Of a DNA stretch of 16,477 nt, positions 16,028 to 16,477 are shown in pieces. The stretch is from a virus: the IMG/VR virus record IMGVR_UViG_3300045988_151306, one strand, 5' to 3'. A program made the translations under genes and the position numbers. Below the pieces are notes generated by a model. The model was not told the origin of the DNA and did not search any database. It was given only the letters and a program-made list of their open reading frames with translations. Numbering within the stretch: the stretch's first letter is position 1; each line of letters opens with the position of its first letter.

Positions 16028-16396
16028 ATGATCGTTTACGAGTACACCAAGGATTGCGGTGATGAGACTCACACCGCGAACATTTACATCAATCGCGGTC
16101 ATATCTGGGTTTCCATCCAGGCCGCAAACAAAAGTTACGAGTACGACGTTAACACGCTTGAGGCAGCAACCGATCTTGTATTCAAGTACGGATTTGTTGA
16201 AGCTGATGGACCTATCGAGGTGATTGAAAAAATGACTACCTATAAGCAGTTCGACGTGCGCTATTTTGACTTCGCATACAACAACGAGCGCACGCGTACG
16301 TTCTCCGATCTCTCCGACGCGATGGAGTTCATGGAGTGGATCGTGTTGTGTCGTAAGCATCAGATGCGCTTCATTGCGCTCGAAAGTGTATACTAA
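16028..16396 (+). CDS. Hypothetical acidic protein, the only plus-strand gene, transcribed toward the right terminus
   Basis: 122 aa. RBS GGAAGGAG 7 nt before the ATG. The stop is 27 nt before the right ITR. GC is lower than the core. Confidence 0.6.
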   Translation: MIVYEYTKDCGDETHTANIYINRGHIWVSIQAANKSYEYDVNTLEAATDLVFKYGFVEADGPIEVIEKMTTYKQFDVRYFDFAYNNERTRTFSDLSDAMEFMEWIVLCRKHQMRFIALESVY

Positions 16397-16422
16397 GCCT
16401 CGCGCCCTCGTGCGCACCCCAT

Positions 16423-16477
16423 TCCCAACCCCGCGTGCCTGGACTCGGCTAGATCAGGTGCGCGGGGTTTCTTTGTG
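16423..16477. repeat. Right inverted terminal repeat (ITR), 55 bp
   Basis: Reverse complement of 16423..16477 is identical to 1..55. The window therefore appears to span a whole linear replicon. Confidence 0.9.

Noticed and set aside
1-16477. Integrated prophage or other integrative mobile element
   Set aside because: No integrase, recombinase, att-like direct repeats or flanking host genes. The ITRs with TP and PolB indicate a free linear virion genome.

Overview
The window reads as a complete linear genome of about 16.5 kb from a small phi29-like (Picovirinae/Salasmaviridae-type) podophage with a protein-primed replication mode. Its first 55 nt are the exact reverse complement of its last 55 nt (inverted terminal repeats at 1..55 and 16423..16477). 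It encodes a protein-primed family-B DNA polymerase (exonuclease D-x-E, Kx3NSxYG and DTDS motifs), an adjacent terminal-protein candidate, and a phi29 p5-like SSB. The morphogenesis set is phi29-like, with an ASCE packaging ATPase (gp16-like), an acidic roughly 100-aa scaffold (gp7-like), a major capsid protein with a C-terminal BIG2 Ig-like domain (gp8-like), a tail knob (gp9-like), a portal/connector (gp10-like), a collar candidate and fibre/appendage proteins. The lysis cassette is a BhlA/UviB-type holin overlapping an Amidase_3+SPOR (CwlC-like) endolysin. Almost everything sits on the minus strand. One plus-strand gene faces the right terminus. Gene order differs from phi29 (right to left: accessory genes, lysis, replication, ATPase, head, tail, fibres). 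No integrase, tRNA or CRISPR was seen, so this looks like a virulent phage. The core genes are GC-rich (high-50s % by eye), which suggests a high-GC Gram-positive host; endolysin and holin types favour Firmicutes/Clostridia-like over Actinobacteria, but the host is unknown. Several AT-richer accessory genes carry their own promoters and look like morons. Second-look items are the ITR and origin structure, three terminator-abutting-RBS junctions between expression classes, a 212-nt non-coding gap next to the ATPase gene (pRNA candidate), an expanded low-complexity pore-loop region in the tail knob, a 2x156-bp tandem duplication in an SGNH-hydrolase fibre gene, and the uncharacterised right-end early genes. 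All protein similarities are from by-eye comparison with remembered phi29 sequences and motifs. No database search was run.
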